Shown here piece after piece: positions 52,335 to 64,000 of a stretch of DNA of 64,000 nucleotides (position 1 is its first letter; every line of letters starts with the position of its first letter). The DNA is taken from the NCBI RefSeq assembly GCF_036321535.1, contig NC_087452.1:6076001-6140000 (forward strand). Direction: 5' to 3'. A program made the translations under genes and the position numbers. This DNA comes from Camelus dromedarius (taxonomy: Eukaryota). The notes under the pieces were generated by a model, which saw nothing but the letters and a program-made list of their open reading frames with translations, searched no databases and was not told the origin of the DNA.

Positions 52335-52889
52335 TCACATGGTTGAGCCTTCCCTCCCTTAGAGACAACGGGCTCAGGTGCTGAGCGCTTACTCTATTCC
52401 AGGCCTGTGCCTTCACATGTGTCGTCTCATTCTACCCTCAACTCAATCCCAGGTACTACCGGTCCTACAGTCATTCCTGTTTTGCAGAAAAGGAAACCTA
52501 ACCTTTGGGGAGGTTAATTCACCTGCCCTAGCCCTCTGTCTCTTGTGAAAGTGGTAGAGCTGAGAGATGAACCAAGGCCTGCCAATTCTAAAGCTCATGT
52601 CCCAGCGGCTACATTGTCTCCTTCAAGGTGCAGAGGCTCAGCCAGACCCCTGAAGGGACAAGGGTGGTGAGCTAGGACCCATTACTGGGGTGGTCTGGGT
52701 AATGGTGCAAAGTCAGGGGAAGGAAGGTCCTCAGTTATCACCTGCAAATTATATGTAAGTTATTTTAGCACTAGCTGGCCGTGTCCCTGAATGGAGCTGC
52801 TGTGGGTCTTCTGCTGGTGCGAGCATCAGCTCAGGGCTCCTTCAAACTCTGGGTAGTCTTTGCTCTCTGAAAAGCCTTAGGAGATGAGT

Positions 52890-53100
52890 CAGAATAGGTA
52901 AGATTTACTGAGCAGTTACTGTGAGCTAGGCACGGTGCTAAGTTATCACATTTATTTTCCCCACAGCCATAGGGTCAGTGTTCTTAATACCCTCACTTTG
53001 TAGGTGAGGAGACTGAAGCTCTGAGAAGTTAATTAACTGCCCAACACAGACAGGCCACACAAGCAGGAATGGCAGAGCAAGGATTCAAACTCCACCCTTT
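52890..53100 (-). mobile_element. MIR SINE
   Basis: tttactgagcagttactgtgagctaggcacgg...gaggagactgaagctctgagaag. Confidence 0.75.
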
Positions 53101-55760
53101 GGCACGCACGGGGCCAGCGGGACTGGAGCAGAGGGCTGCTCCACATGCCTGGGGTACAGAGCAGACTCCCCACCCTCGGCCACGCGTGCACGCTCTAGGC
53201 GACCTGATTCCCACCCTGCACAGCTACAGGGAGCTATGATGGAAAAAACAGGGCTTCGGCTTCTAAGAAACCTGGGTTTAGATCCTGGCTCTGCTACTTT
53301 GTGACCTTCAGGACATCCGTGCTCTTTTCTGAACCTGTTTTATCGATGGTAGAATGAGGATAACACTGCTTACTCCCAAAGACACTGTCAGGATTAAATG
53401 GAACTACAAAAACAAGCGGGCTCAATCAAGTGGCACATAGCAGGCCCTAGATAAAATGTTAGTTCCTGCCGCTCCTGTCTCCTGTCCACAAGGAAAATGG
53501 GGCTCTGGGGAATAGAGCAGGCCAAGAGGGCAAGGGCCCCAGAGCCACGGTCTACACGACCGCAGGCCAGGGAGCTAACCACCTCGGGCCTTGGTTTCTG
53601 TATCTGTAAGGAGGTGATGCTAACCTTAACCTCTTTCATGCACTGTTGTGAACATTAAACGAGTTAATACAGGTAGAATGCTTAGAACAGTACCTGGCAT
53701 GAAGCAAGTACTCAATTTATCTTAGCTTTGTCATTAGTTTTTGCATACCTCTGACCTACCTTGCCTTGTACTGTACTGTTCATATGTCTTAACTTCTCCA
53801 CTGCTGGACAGAGGCAGGGACCATGTCTGATTCACCACACAGAAAGAGGCACTCAGTTGTTCACTTGAAAGGCATTTTGGGGGTGGAAGAAAGGAGAGAC
53901 TAAAATGCTAAAATGCTATGTCTCTCAGAAGCAGCGCCTTCCTTAGTCCTTTACCTCTTCCCCAAGATGGCTTTAATGTTTTCATCCTTGAAAAAGGGTG
54001 TGGCTCAGGGCTAGTGTGAACCATCTGGTCCCTTCCAGGCCTTGGCACCTGCTCTCAACCTCTTTTCTGCCATGGCATACGTGACATTACATGGTGGTGC
54101 ATAACACACTCCCACGGTGCACCCAGATTACAGGCTGCAGCACAGACAAGGTAGGCTACATGTTATGTACAATTCCTGGCACACCAGCTGACACTCCGCC
54201 CTCTCTCTCCCCCTCAAGAAAGCACATCAGATGCGAGCAAGAGAAAATGGTATTATTAGAGAGATGACCTCAAATCTTCTCAAATTTATATAAAAAGCAA
54301 ATCATTTCCAAAACAGGCAGTTCTGCTAACAGTAGCAACAAATTACATGCAACACACCTCCCAACTGATTGCAGTGCACCAGCTGAGAACTGCTGCCTGG
54401 AGAACAGATCTGATCCCCAGGAGGAAAGAGTGAATCTGAGTGGAGGGAGGAAGAAAAGGAGCAAAAGGAGATGAGCTGGGCTGCTTATCAGAGCACAGAG
54501 CACACTGAAGAGCCATCAGGAGGGAGGGCAGGCCCAGAGAGGGGTGAGCATGGCAGTCAGGACCAAAAGAGAGGAGAGACAGTGGAAAGCCAGAAGGAGC
54601 TGGAGCTGGGGTGGACAGACCAAAGAACAGAAGAGAGGAAGGGGAGACTGGCTGATGTGCAAATGGGGTGAGAGGAAGGCGACACACTGGGCCAAATCAC
54701 TTGGGTTCCCAAAGATTTGCTTAAAAAGAAGTGAGATTTAATATAATATCATGTGGGTTGCGCTTTTGGTAAAAACTACTTTTCACATAAGAACCTTTAC
54801 AACAAGCCCTTCTCAGAGATCAGGCCTTCTGATTAGCTGTTACCAAAGACTGCTGCTTAACTAACTCATCCGAACGCCCTCTTTGCCTTGGATGCCAAGA
54901 CTCTCAGGGAGAAGTTTCACACTTGGTTTTTATTCCATCCTTCCGCTAGGGTTTCTGTATATAGTTTCACCACCATACTTCCCCAACTCCTTCATTTTTT
55001 ACCTCATGTCAAAGGAATTTAGCCTTATGCCTGTGATTTTATTAGGAGCCACTGTGACTAATTTTTGGAAGGAAGTAGGGTACCAAGAAAAAATTAAGTG
55101 AAACAAATAAAAGGGTCCTTGGAGAAGTACAAAACATAGGTGACAAAAATACTGCTTACACATGCTAAAGAATGGGTGACAGTAATAGAACAAGGAATAA
55201 GAAAACTACTTCTGCAGATTTACAAATCACTTTTAGGACCTTATGAAGTCAGTGTCCCTAGTCTTGCACCTATAGGCTGGCAGAGGAAAGCTACACCTCC
55301 TCTGCAGCTGGGGTCACCAGACCAGCAGAAGACAGATGCCTTTCCCAAGGTCACACAGTGATGGAACAGAAAGGGTCAGGAAAAAAATAACTGGAGCTTC
55401 TGCTACTGTGGACATAGTGCAGCTTTGGAGTCAGAGGAACCTGGGTTTGAACCTGGTTCAGTATCTACCGGCACGTGACTTTTGGTAGGTCTGGTCCATT
55501 TTCTCATCTGTGAAATGAGAATACCCACCTGAGTAACTTGTGAGAAGAGAAAAGGGCCACCCCGCGCAGGGCACGCAGCCGTGCACGGTAAGTGCCACCG
55601 TCATTAGCTGGGGCACTTTTCCTCTCACTGCCTGGCAGGCCCAGTGTGCTTCTGCTACCCTCTATCCCAGCCACTCTGTGAGCTGCTGCCTGTCACCTGT
55701 CTTTGCCTCCTGAGCCCTGCTTGACCAGTTCTCCAGAGTCGGGAGGTGGAGGGGGCCTTA

Positions 55761-56384
<624 letters not shown>

Positions 56385-56449
56385 TCAATTAGCATTGGCC
56401 TGGGGAAGACTGCTTGGCTGCCCACTCCAATCTCTCCAGCCCTCCCTCT

Positions 56450-57200
56450 CCTCAAGGGTCCTGGCCAGCATCTCCAAATGCCATCTCCACACCATGGCCA
56501 CAGTCTGAGCCTTATCACCTCTTGCCTGGCCATCCTCTACAGCATCTCCAAATGCCATCTCCTCCACACCATGGCCACAGTCTGAGCCTTATCACCTCTT
56601 GCCTAGCCATCCTGCCCTATGTCTCAGTTCTAGCCTCATCTCACATAATGTGTCCAGAATGATCTTTCTACCAAGTAGCAATGATCATGTGAGCCTCTTG
56701 ATTAAAAGTCTCCTGATGCTCCCCACTTACTTCAAGATAATATCCAAGCTCCTTACGGTGATATTCGGGGTGTTCTTTTCACTGTCTGGCCCTAGTTCTC
56801 CTTTCGAGATTCTTCTTTTCACCAGTTACAGCTGTACTTCCGTCCACCCAGGGCAAACTGCCATTCCCTGAATGTTATAACTTCTTATTCCTTCAAGATG
56901 ATCTCTATTTAGAATGCCTTCTATCTTCTCTGATTGGTGACCTCCTACTCATTCTTCAAAACCTAGCTCAAATGTCACTTCTTCTGTTATTACTTCTTTG
57001 TCTCTCCCATGGGGAGCTGTGTTTCCACATGGTTTCATTCTCACCTCCTCCATGGCATCACCACAGCGGAAGTTCTCTGTCTCTTCCTGTTAAGACTGGA
57101 GGCTGTGCAGTGCAGACACTGAAACCTACCCATCTCTGTATTTCCAGTGCCTGGCATGTAGTGTAGTTCTGGCAAATGAATAAATAACCTGTTGAATGAA
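56450..57200 (+). mobile_element. L2 LINE 3' fragment
   Basis: ctagctcaaatgtcactt...agtgcctggcatgtag...gttgaatgaat terminus. Confidence 0.65.
56466..56613. repeat. Tandem duplication, about 74-77 nt unit, 2 copies
   Basis: cagcatctccaaatgccatct...cacagtctgagccttatcacctcttgcct repeated at 56466 and 56540. Confidence 0.92.
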
Positions 57201-58049
57201 TAGCTAAATGGGAAGATCACCAGATCTGGAGCTGAGAGTGATGGCTGAAGGCTAGTGTCAGCCCATATAGAAGCATGAATGGGTAGCCAATGATGTGGTC
57301 CTGGGCTCCAGCAGAAATCACTGGGTTATAGAAAACATTAGTTCATTTCTGAGGTCTTGAGGGTAAGCCTATGCCCTGGCCCTGGGAGTGGTACCAGGCC
57401 CAAGGGTACGAACAGGAACATGACAATCTGGGCACACTCAGCTCCATGCTGGTCCCCAAAGCCCTCCCTTCCTCCTCTCCTCCTTTCCTGGATGAGTGGA
57501 GTCAGCAGATGGCACCAGCCCCCAGGAAGCCCAGCTTGGTCAGAGACTGCCCCAATTTCTCCAGGCCTAGTTGAGTTCAACAATTTAACTATGAGCTTGG
57601 CACCATTCCAGGCAAAGCCACCCCTGAGCTCCCTGAATAACAGTGACCCTTCTTGGCCCCTCTCCTGCGACTTAACCAATCTAGTGAGCTGTTCCAGCCT
57701 CTCTGGTAAAACCCCTGATTGCCCTATCAGTAAAACTACTCCTTTAACTCCAACTTGCTCCTACATTCTACCTGCAGCTGTGTCTTTAAACACAAACCAA
57801 TCAAAGGCACAAACAAGCTTTCCTCTTTCAACGATGGGTCCCTGGTGAACGCAGCAGCTCTGCTACCCTGGCTCCCTAGGCAGCACAGAGTCCCCGGCAA
57901 ATGTCCCGCTGGGACTCAGCAGCAGAAGCACAGAGGAGAAACACGGGAATTTAGATCTGAAAGCCCGTGGGGAGGGCCCCAGGCCCTAGAGTATGGCGGT
58001 GGCATCTGGCCCAGGAGCTCAGAGGGCTGGAGGAAGTAGGGGGCGGAGG

Positions 58050-59480
58050 CCAGAGGGATCAGGCTAGGCCCAGGAGGTGCCCGCAGCCCTCTCCCGGATG
58101 CGGCTACGTTTCCCCTTTGTCGAAGTGTAACAAGTTAAACAAGGCTCCCCTCCTGCCATTGGCCCAGGCAGCCCCGAAGGATACACTGTAGCCCCGGGAT
58201 GCCGGCTGCGAACCAATGCACTGTCAGTTCTCTGGGCCAGAGTCGCCCGAGGGACACTCGGGCCGGGCAGCTCAGTGTGCGCCCCACGAAAGTAGCCTAC
58301 CCCTTCCCCTCTGGCCACTCCCGCCCTGGTCCCAGGCCCGCACTCACCGGCCACCTCGAGTCCGGGCTCATCGCCGGGGACGCCCGCCGGGGCTCCGACC
58401 CCACTTGGGGAGGCCGGCGGGGAAAGACGGGGCGGGGAGAGGAGCCCCAACTCCAAAGACTGCAGACCTAGCCACCCTGGCCCCCTGCCGCCCCACGCTC
58501 TGGCCCGGCTCCCCGGGATTCCCGCGCTGACCCCTGCCGCTCCCAGTCCCGCCGGCGCCCCGGTGTCTCAATTCCGGCGGCCGCCGCCCTTTTCGAGAGC
58601 CCCTAAGTAGCTCGGTCTCGGGACCCGGCGCCGCCGGAACAATGGAGGTTCCCGGAGGCAGCGCGGGGACGGCGGCGGCTGAGACGGTGGCGGCAAAGGC
58701 AGTGGCAGCGGCGGCGGCAGCAGCGGCGGCGACGGCGTCTGCGCAGGGTAAACGCGGCGCCGCGGCGCTGCCGAGCTGCACTTTCGCCACAGATCCCCGC
58801 CCGCCCACTGAGGCTCGAGAGGCCATTCTCCGAGATTCGGAAGGGCCCCTGGACACTCCACAGGGCTTTTCCAGCACCTCCATCTCAGAGTTGAGTTTCT
58901 GGAGACTGAAGTCCCGGTACTCGGTATCCGGAGTGGTCGGGCCGTTTGTAGCGAATCTGCGGCCACGGACGGTGAGCGCGGGACTAGGCGTGAGGAGCCC
59001 GCCCTTCTCCCTTCCCCCTCTGCCTCCTCCCTCCCTCCTCCCTCCCTCCTGCTGGCGCCGCGGCTGCGGTAGGGACCTGGCCTTGGTCTCCGAGGGAGGC
59101 GGCGAGGCGGGGCCGGAGCTACGGGGCGGGGTTGGGGGCAGGGCCAGGAGCAAGAGGGACGCGGGCTAGAGCCTAAGGGAGACCCGGAGTTATGGGTAGG
59201 GGCGGGGCGGGGTTGGAAGAGAATAAACCAGTCTATGGGGCGGGGTTTGCAGTGAGTGGGCGGGGCCATCGGTAAAGCAGGCCCCAGTATGGCGAATAGG
59301 GGCTGAGCACCGGGTAAAGGGTGGGACTAAACAGAAGAGTGGGCCTCAGGAAAGAAAGGGCGGGGCTTTGGATGGGCATGGAACTTGGAGCTGGGCTGGG
59401 GAGGATAGAGCTGGGAAAAAGGAGGCCACGCTGAAGGGAAAGGGCGGGGCTTAGAAAAGGTAAAGGGCGGGGTTGGAGGG
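58050..59480. promoter_or_regulatory. BRPF1 promoter CpG island with GC-box array
   Basis: CpG-dense; eight GGGCGGGG boxes at 59124-59472. Confidence 0.88.
58348..58750 (-). other. BRPF1: BRPF1 non-coding exon 1 (TSS approximate)
   Basis: CTCGAGGTGGCCG|gtgagt donor; GCC-rich leader. Confidence 0.7.
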
Positions 59481-60004
59481 AAAGGTGTGGCTCCGAAAGT
59501 AGCTTCTGGATTGGGGACGGTGCAGGGGCTGGTGGGGTATGAAAGAGCTTGTGTACCTAAAATGGGATTCAGATGCTGGGAATCCTTAAGGTTGGCGGGA
59601 AATGTTTCATGGCTACGAACAGAGCTGGTTTTAATGGACTGGGTCACTTGGTAGCTATGTGAACTTGGACAAGTTGTTAAGTTCTTCCTACCTCCTATAA
59701 CTTATTCGTAAAGTGGAGCTCGAAAACATCATTGTCAGTTCTTGGGGGTTTCGGAGGACGTGGGTGCCAGGAAGAGTCCACTTGTTGAACAATGCTTGTT
59801 CCTGAGCCTCTCCAGTTTTGCCATCCAAGAGGAGCATGAAAGGGTCTTCCAGGGCTCTGAGGCAAAGCCCAAAGCATTGGAAGCTTCTATTTTATCTTAA
59901 TACAAACCTTGCATTCAACCCACTATAAAGTATGTGTTTTCATATACAGTATCTTCCCCAAAACATCCTAATAAAATCGACACTGATCGGATTTGCTGGT
60001 TAAG

Positions 60005-60190
60005 ATCTTGGGATCTGGAGTCAAAATGATGGGTTCTCTTCAATAACTTACTTAACCCCTCTGAGCCTCAGTTTCTTCATGTGTAAAATGGAGGTAAAAT
60101 AGTGCCTACCTCATGGGATTGTTGTGAGGATTAAATAAGATGATGCTTATCACTTAGCATGTAGTGTCTGATATGTAGTGAATACTCACT
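60005..60190 (+). mobile_element. MIR SINE
   Basis: cttaacccctctgagcctcagtttcttcatgtgtaaaatgg core; many more MIR fragments exist in the window and are not listed. Confidence 0.8.
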
Positions 60191-60519
60191 CAAAAAAGTC
60201 AGAGTAGATGGATTAGAGCAGAGTTACACTGAGTAATCTTACAGCTGACCCTCTTTGAGGTCAGGAACCCCTTTCAGAATCTGATAAAAGCTACGAGCCT
60301 CTTTCCTCAGAAAAAAATGTACACACATAAAGTTTAATTTATTGCTTAAAGTGTGTGAAGAATGTTTGAAGAAGTGATTAAATCAATGTATGTTAGGATG
60401 GGGATGAACCCAAGATGAATCTGTCCTTGCTCCCTCCTTCTCTTGGTTGTGCCCCAGGCCCTGGGTCCCCTAGTCTCCCTCCCCAAGACCCATGAGACAG
60501 AGGTGGAGTAAAGATCAGC

Positions 60520-60525
60520 TTTATT
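60520..60525 (-). terminator. CPNE9: CPNE9 poly(A) signal AATAAA
   Basis: tttatt about 200 nt after the stop. Confidence 0.75.
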
Positions 60526-60726
60526 ATTGGCATGAAGGCAGGGAGGTGGTGACAGTGCCAGGCCCTTATGTGGGTGGGGGGGCAGAGAGCTCGACCAGCC
60601 AGCACTGATCCTCCAAGCTGGCCTCCCAGTGAGGTCCGGGGCTCCGGGTGCCTCTGGCTTTCAGCAGAAGCAGCAAGTGGGCAGGCAGGCAGACTGCTAG
60701 GCATTGGATAGGTGGGCTCCGCAGGG

Positions 60727-60906
60727 CTACTCTGGAGCTGGCGTTGGGCTGGGGTTGGCAGGGGGTGGAGGGCGAGGCTGGATGTCCCTGGTGCGCATGT
60801 AGGACAGTAGCTGCTCTGGGATCTCAGCCAGCACGTCCTTGGCTAGTCTGGCCATGCTCAGCACCTGGTTCCCCGAACGGTCAACATAGTCTCGGAATGG
60901 AACGAA
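60727..60906 (-). CDS. CPNE9: CPNE9 last exon ([14 protein letters not shown]...PAPE*)
   Basis: cccag acceptor; copine vWA C-terminus with Pro-rich tail. Confidence 0.94.
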   Translation of the reverse strand, partial: FVPFRDYVDRSGNQVLSMARLAKDVLAEIPEQLLSYMRTRDIQPRPPPPANPSPTPAPE

Positions 60907-61089
60907 CTGGGACAAGCACAGACAATCATATGTGGGTGGTGGCCAGGAGAGAGGGGAGTGGGGAAGGGTGCAGTGGGGAGGATTCCTCTTTGACCCCTAG
61001 CATCTCTTTTCAAATATCACACTATTTCTCACCCCCTCTCTTGAGGAGCCTTTTACATTTGCTTTCTCCCTATCCACTTTTTTTTTTCA

Positions 61090-62560
61090 CCTTTTGTTCA
61101 CCCTCAACCCACTCAAGTTTGGCTTCAGGCAGTCTGCTGGAACTGCTCTTGCTAACAATATCAACAGCACCACGTTCCCAAATCAGTCCAGAGGGCAATG
61201 ACTGTGAGTCCTCATCTTGCTGACTCCTCTAGCTTTCCATTACATTGGACCATAATCTTCTGGACACATCCCACTCTGGACACACTACATTCTTCTGGAC
61301 ACTTTTTTTCCTCCCCCTATTCCCCTGGGTCTACCTGATTTCTAAACCTGGTCCCTTCTCTCAGTTCTCTTCCTGGGTGATTTCATACACTTCCATGACT
61401 TTACAGACTGTTCCCTGGATTAAGAGATATACACCACTCTGTATAAAATAAATAATCAACAAGAATATGTTGTATAACACAGAAAATTAATAGCTTTTAT
61501 ATTGTAATAACTTTTAATGGAGTATAAACTATAAAAATACTGAACCATTATGCTCTCCATCTGAAACTAATATAATATTATAAATCAACTATACTTCAAT
61601 TAAAAAAACACTATTCCCTGATGACTCCCAAATTTACACATCCATCCCTGGCCTCCAGAGCCTCATATTTAGTTGCTCATATCTCGTCTCCCTTCAGTTG
61701 TCTTAGATACCTCAAACCCATTATGTTCACAACTGAGTTCTGGGCTTTTCTGCCAAACCTGCTCCTCCTTCAGCTTTCCCCTTCCCAGTAAATGGGACTA
61801 TAACTCACCCAGTTGCTCAAGCTGGAAAACTCAGAGTCATCCTTGAAGCCCCTCTCACTTCATATCACCGTTTAATCAAATCATCAACTCTTGTAAATTT
61901 TTCTTAAATAATCGTTTGAACCTGCTTCTTCTCTCCATCCTCACTGTTTCCATTCCTACCCAGACCCTTGTTGTCTCCCCTCTACTACTGCAAAGGCTTC
62001 CTTACTTCTCTCTTGCCCTACTATAATCCACTCTCCACGCAGCATCTCTGTATGTCTTAAAATACAAGTCTGACCATCTCACTCCCCTATGTCAAATGTT
62101 TCAAGAGCTCTCCAGTTCTTTTAGAACAAAGCCCCAAACTTTACCACGACTGGCAAGGCCTTGGCTCCCTGCTTCTCTCACTCACTGTGATCCTGCCGCC
62201 TTGGTCTCTTGCCTTCTCCAGTTTGGGCCAGTTCTTTTGAGCCATCTTCTCACATGCTGCTTCTCTACCTGTGATGCTTATACCCTCTCCTTTAGGTTTC
62301 AGCTCAAATGTCATTTCCTCGTAGAAGCCTTTCCTGACGACCGTAACCAATCAGGTCCCTGTCACAGACTCTCAGAGTGGGCATTTGCCGTTCCTCTGGA
62401 GCACTTAAATCACATTCTAATGAACTATTATTTAGCTGTGTGATTATTATTGGTTGCCTCCACTAGAGGGCAGGAGCCTTGGGGATCTCCTAAACTGTGA
62501 CTCCACAATGGCTTCAGCAACCTGCCTGTTTCTCAAAAAGAATTTGTTCAATGAATGTAG
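61090..62560 (+). mobile_element. L2 LINE relic interrupted by L1
   Basis: cagctcaaatgtcatttcc; ends tttgttcaatgaatg. Confidence 0.65.
61418..61609 (+). mobile_element. Older L1 3' end inserted into an L2 relic
   Basis: ...aatcaactatacttcaattaaaaaa; imperfect TSD actgttccctg (61407-61417) / actattccctg (61610-61620). Confidence 0.75.
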
Positions 62561-62691
62561 GAAGGCGGAAAGAGTGAGGGGGAGAAAAGCAAGTGATTAA
62601 AAAGGCAGTAAGGGAGAATGGCTGCTAACTTAGCCTCTCCTTCCCACCATGCCTTTTGGTTCCATGACTTCCTCTGCCTGGTCAGGTCTAC

Positions 62692-62765
62692 CTGAACGAT
62701 GTCCCGCTCAGCATAGCGTCCCCTAGAGGACACGCGCACATCATCACCATCCAACTCTTCCATCG
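62692..62765 (-). CDS. CPNE9: CPNE9 exon (MEELDGDD...RDIVQ)
   Basis: 74 nt, ag/gt flanks. Confidence 0.95.
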
Positions 62766-63141
62766 CTGCAGAAAAGACACCCCTCAGCTGATTGGCCTCT
62801 CCCACACCAACCCACACTGCCCCCCTCCCTCTTAGCTCCCCTTTGGAGTCACCATGAGAATGTCTAATGGTTGCAGCAAAGTCCTGCAAATATTAGGCAT
62901 TGTGATGGAGTTATTATTATATTTTCCCATGCATTCCATCTCCCAGGAGCCCCGGCAGGGAAGTATTTGCATCAACAGCCTCAGTTATGATGAGGAAACA
63001 GGCTCAGGGGTCTGTGACTTGGCCAAGATTCAACACAGACATCCATCCTATCTTTTCTGTAAGGCAGGCCCGTGTGCCCAGATCCTCCCTTATTTTCCCC
63101 AGTTCTCGGTCTCACTCATGGACGCCCCCCATCTTACTCAC

Positions 63142-63199
63142 CCTCAAACATGGCTGGTCCCACACCGACAATAATGATAGACATGGGCAGTGAGGAGGC
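63142..63199 (-). CDS. CPNE9: CPNE9 exon (ASSLPMSIIIVGVGPAMFE)
   Basis: 58 nt, ag/gt flanks. Confidence 0.95.
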
Positions 63200-63277
63200 C
63201 TGTGAAGAAAAGAGGGTAAATGGTTGGGGTAAGAGCTAGCATAACAAGGGAGATGACAGTTGGGAGACAGTTCTGTG

Positions 63278-63281
<4 letters not shown>

Positions 63282-63333
<52 letters not shown>
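63282..63333. repeat. (TG)26 microsatellite
   Basis: Uninterrupted dinucleotide run. Confidence 0.97.
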
Positions 63334-63334
<1 letters not shown>

Positions 63335-63841
63335 TGTTTCTGCACATCTTACAGGCCGAGGCACTGATTCCCTTTGTGCCAGACTGTCTTTTCAAGGATG
63401 TCTGCACATGCAACAGCCTTGAAAGATACAGTGTCTTCCTTTAGAGTGAAGGGCAGGTTTACTGTCAGTATGATGCAATGTCTTAAACTGGAACAAAGGG
63501 CAGGCATGCTTACTGCCCATTATAAAAGACTTGGGTTCCCTAAGCTCAGGGTTTCTGTTCAATAATGCAACCCACTGTGGGTACCGGTATGTGGCCCTCT
63601 GCACATCATCTTGTGGGAACTGGAACTTAGAGAATCAGAGCAAATGCTGGGAGCTGAACTACTGCTATTGCTAGGAATCGCAAAGTCTTTTGCCTCTGAT
63701 CCAGAGGTCTTGTCTGCTGCCAGCATCCATGAAACTGGCAGGCTAACTTGTTAGCCTGTATGTAGGGTAAAATCTCCACCCCTTCACAGTTATTAACAGT
63801 GCCCCCCTACACCCCTGCCAAGCCTTCCTCCTCAGACTCAC

Positions 63842-63944
63842 ACTGACAATGGCTTCCTTGGTCTGTGTCATGTCAGAGATGACCCCATCGGTGATGATGA
63901 GCAGAACGTAGTACTGGGAACCATCAGAGATCTTGGCTGCAGCC
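63842..63944 (-). CDS. CPNE9: CPNE9 exon ([20 protein letters not shown]...AIVS); gene continues beyond the window
   Basis: 103 nt; vWA TDG motif. Confidence 0.95.
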
Positions 63945-64000
63945 CTGGGTGAGAGGCCAAGATCAGAATCCAGCTGAAAGCCCAGAGAGGCCAGCGGAAC

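Noticed and set aside
58642-59169. 175-aa poly-Ala antisense ORF in the BRPF1 island
   Set aside because: GC-rich, stop-poor DNA and the GCC-repeat leader explain it; no domain or supporting splice structure.

Overview
Mammalian genomic DNA, most likely camelid. Evidence: a tRNA-derived camelid-type SINE and cetartiodactyl L1 3' ends, with no Alu, Bov-A or PRE-1 seen. The window is the reverse-oriented equivalent of human 3p25.3. Gene order: ARPC4 (-, complete CDS), TADA3 (+, head-to-head with ARPC4), CAMK1 (+, complete, 374 aa), OGG1 (-, complete, 345 aa, tail-to-tail with CAMK1), BRPF1 (-, complete gene with several exons masked by N) and the last four exons of CPNE9 (-). Exon boundaries were read from GT/AG signals, reading phase and recalled orthologous proteins. 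Introns contain MIR, L2, L1, MaLR LTR and hAT relics. No prokaryotic-type system or CRISPR array is present. The most interesting signals are post-transcriptional: (1) an intact beta-OGG1-type terminal exon on the antisense strand of CAMK1 exon 3; (2) an upstream AUG whose ORF overlaps the OGG1 start codon; (3) an in-frame 78-nt candidate cassette exon with an RBFOX motif in BRPF1 intron 2; (4) uORFs ending at or next to the TADA3 and BRPF1 start codons; (5) an in-frame BRPF1 exitron; (6) interdigitated OGG1/CAMK1 poly(A) signals. All human and mouse comparisons and repeat family names are from memory and need alignment or RepeatMasker confirmation.
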